Made by a program: the position numbers and the translations under genes. This document shows, one piece after another, positions 62,969 through 64,000 of a stretch of 64,000 nucleotides of DNA. Below the pieces are notes generated by a model that was given only the letters and a program-made list of their open reading frames with translations, ran no database searches and was not told the DNA's origin. Within the stretch, counting starts at the first letter, position 1; each line of letters begins with the position of its first letter. Origin of the DNA: Bugula neritina (Eukaryota > Animalia > Bryozoa); the NCBI GenBank assembly GCA_964035545.1, contig OZ037772.1, forward strand, positions 5,998,889 through 6,062,888, read 5' to 3'.

Positions 62969-64000
62969 ATATAGTTTAGTGAGATACGGAGGAAGCACTG
63001 TATAGCTTAGTGAGATATAGAGGGAGCACTGTATAGCTTAGTGAGATATGGAGGGAGCACTGTATAGCTTAGTGAGATACAGAGGGAGCGGTGTATAGTT
63101 TAGTGAGATATAGAGGGAGCACTGTATAGCTTAGTGAGATACGGAGGGAGAACAGTATAGCTTAGTGAGATATGGAGAGAGCACTGTATAGCTTAGTGAG
63201 ATACAGAGGGAGCACTGTATAGCTTAGTGAGATACGGAGGGAGAACTGTATAGCTTAGTGAGATACAGAGGGAGCGGTGTATAGTTTAGTGAGATATAGA
63301 GGGAGCACTGTATAGCTTAGTGAGATACGGAGGGAGAACAGTATAGCTTAGTGAGATATGGAGAGAGCACTGTATAGCTTAGTGAGATACAGAGGGAGCA
63401 CTGTATAGCTTAGTGAGATACGGAGGGAGAACTGTATAGCTTAGTGAGATATGGAGGGAGCAGTGTATGGCTCAGTGAGATATGGAGGGAGCACTGTATA
63501 GCTTAGTGAGATATGGAGGGAGCACTGTATAGCTTAGTGAGATATGGAGGGAGCACTGTATAGCTTAGTGAGATACGGAGGGAGCAGTATATAGTTTAGT
63601 GAGATACGGAGGAAGCACTGTATAGCTTAGTGAGATATGGAGGGAGCACTGTATAGCTTAGTGAGATATGGAGGGAGCACTGTATAGCTTAGTGAGATAT
63701 GGAGGGAGCGGTGTATAGTTTAGTGAGATATGGAGGGAGCACTGTATAGCTTAGTGAGATATGGAGGGAGCACTGTATAGCTTAGTGAGATACGGAGGGA
63801 GCACTGTATAGCTTAGTGAGATACGGAGGGATAACAGTATAGCTTAGTGAGATATGGAGAGAGCACTGTATAGCTTAGTGAGATACAGAGGGAGCGGTGT
63901 ATAGTTTAGTGAGATATAGAGGGAGCACTGTATAGCTTAGTGAGATACGGAGGGAGAACAGTATAGCTTAGTGAGATATGGAGAGAGCACTGTATAGCTT
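62948..64000. repeat. 31-bp satellite (GCACTGTATAGCTTAGTGAGATACGGAGGGA) built from the MITE family A TIR; runs off the window
   Basis: About 34 copies in the window; the unit matches the MITE terminus AGCTTAGTGAGATACGGAGGGAGCACTG+TA. Confidence 0.95.

Overview
AT-rich, intron-rich eukaryotic DNA. It looks like an invertebrate animal (lophotrochozoan-like), but the taxon cannot be established from the sequence alone. I assembled the gene models by hand from GT-AG boundaries and checked exon phases. In order: (1) the 5' part of PPP1R10/PNUTS (minus, runs off the left edge); (2) a complete 16-exon COLGALT/GT25 procollagen galactosyltransferase (minus, ends HIEL*); (3) head-to-head with it, a complete 14-exon ABCF1 (plus), whose intron 8 contains an antisense 2-coding-exon Ly6/uPAR (quiver-like) gene; (4) a convergent 11-exon class A peptide-type GPCR (minus); (5) the 3' end of an unidentified coiled-coil gene (minus). 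Introns are packed with tRNA-derived SINEs, hAT-, Tc1/mariner- and PIF/Harbinger-type MITEs, a 2.9-kb foldback element and many tandem repeats, and an RTE LINE fragment with a TSD lies between genes 1 and 2. Three observations stand out. Several tandem arrays are seeded exactly at splice junctions and multiply the splice site, in at least four genes. PPP1R10, COLGALT, ABCF1 and Ly6 form a proto-MHC-like cluster. A satellite has been born from the TIR of a Tc1-type MITE.
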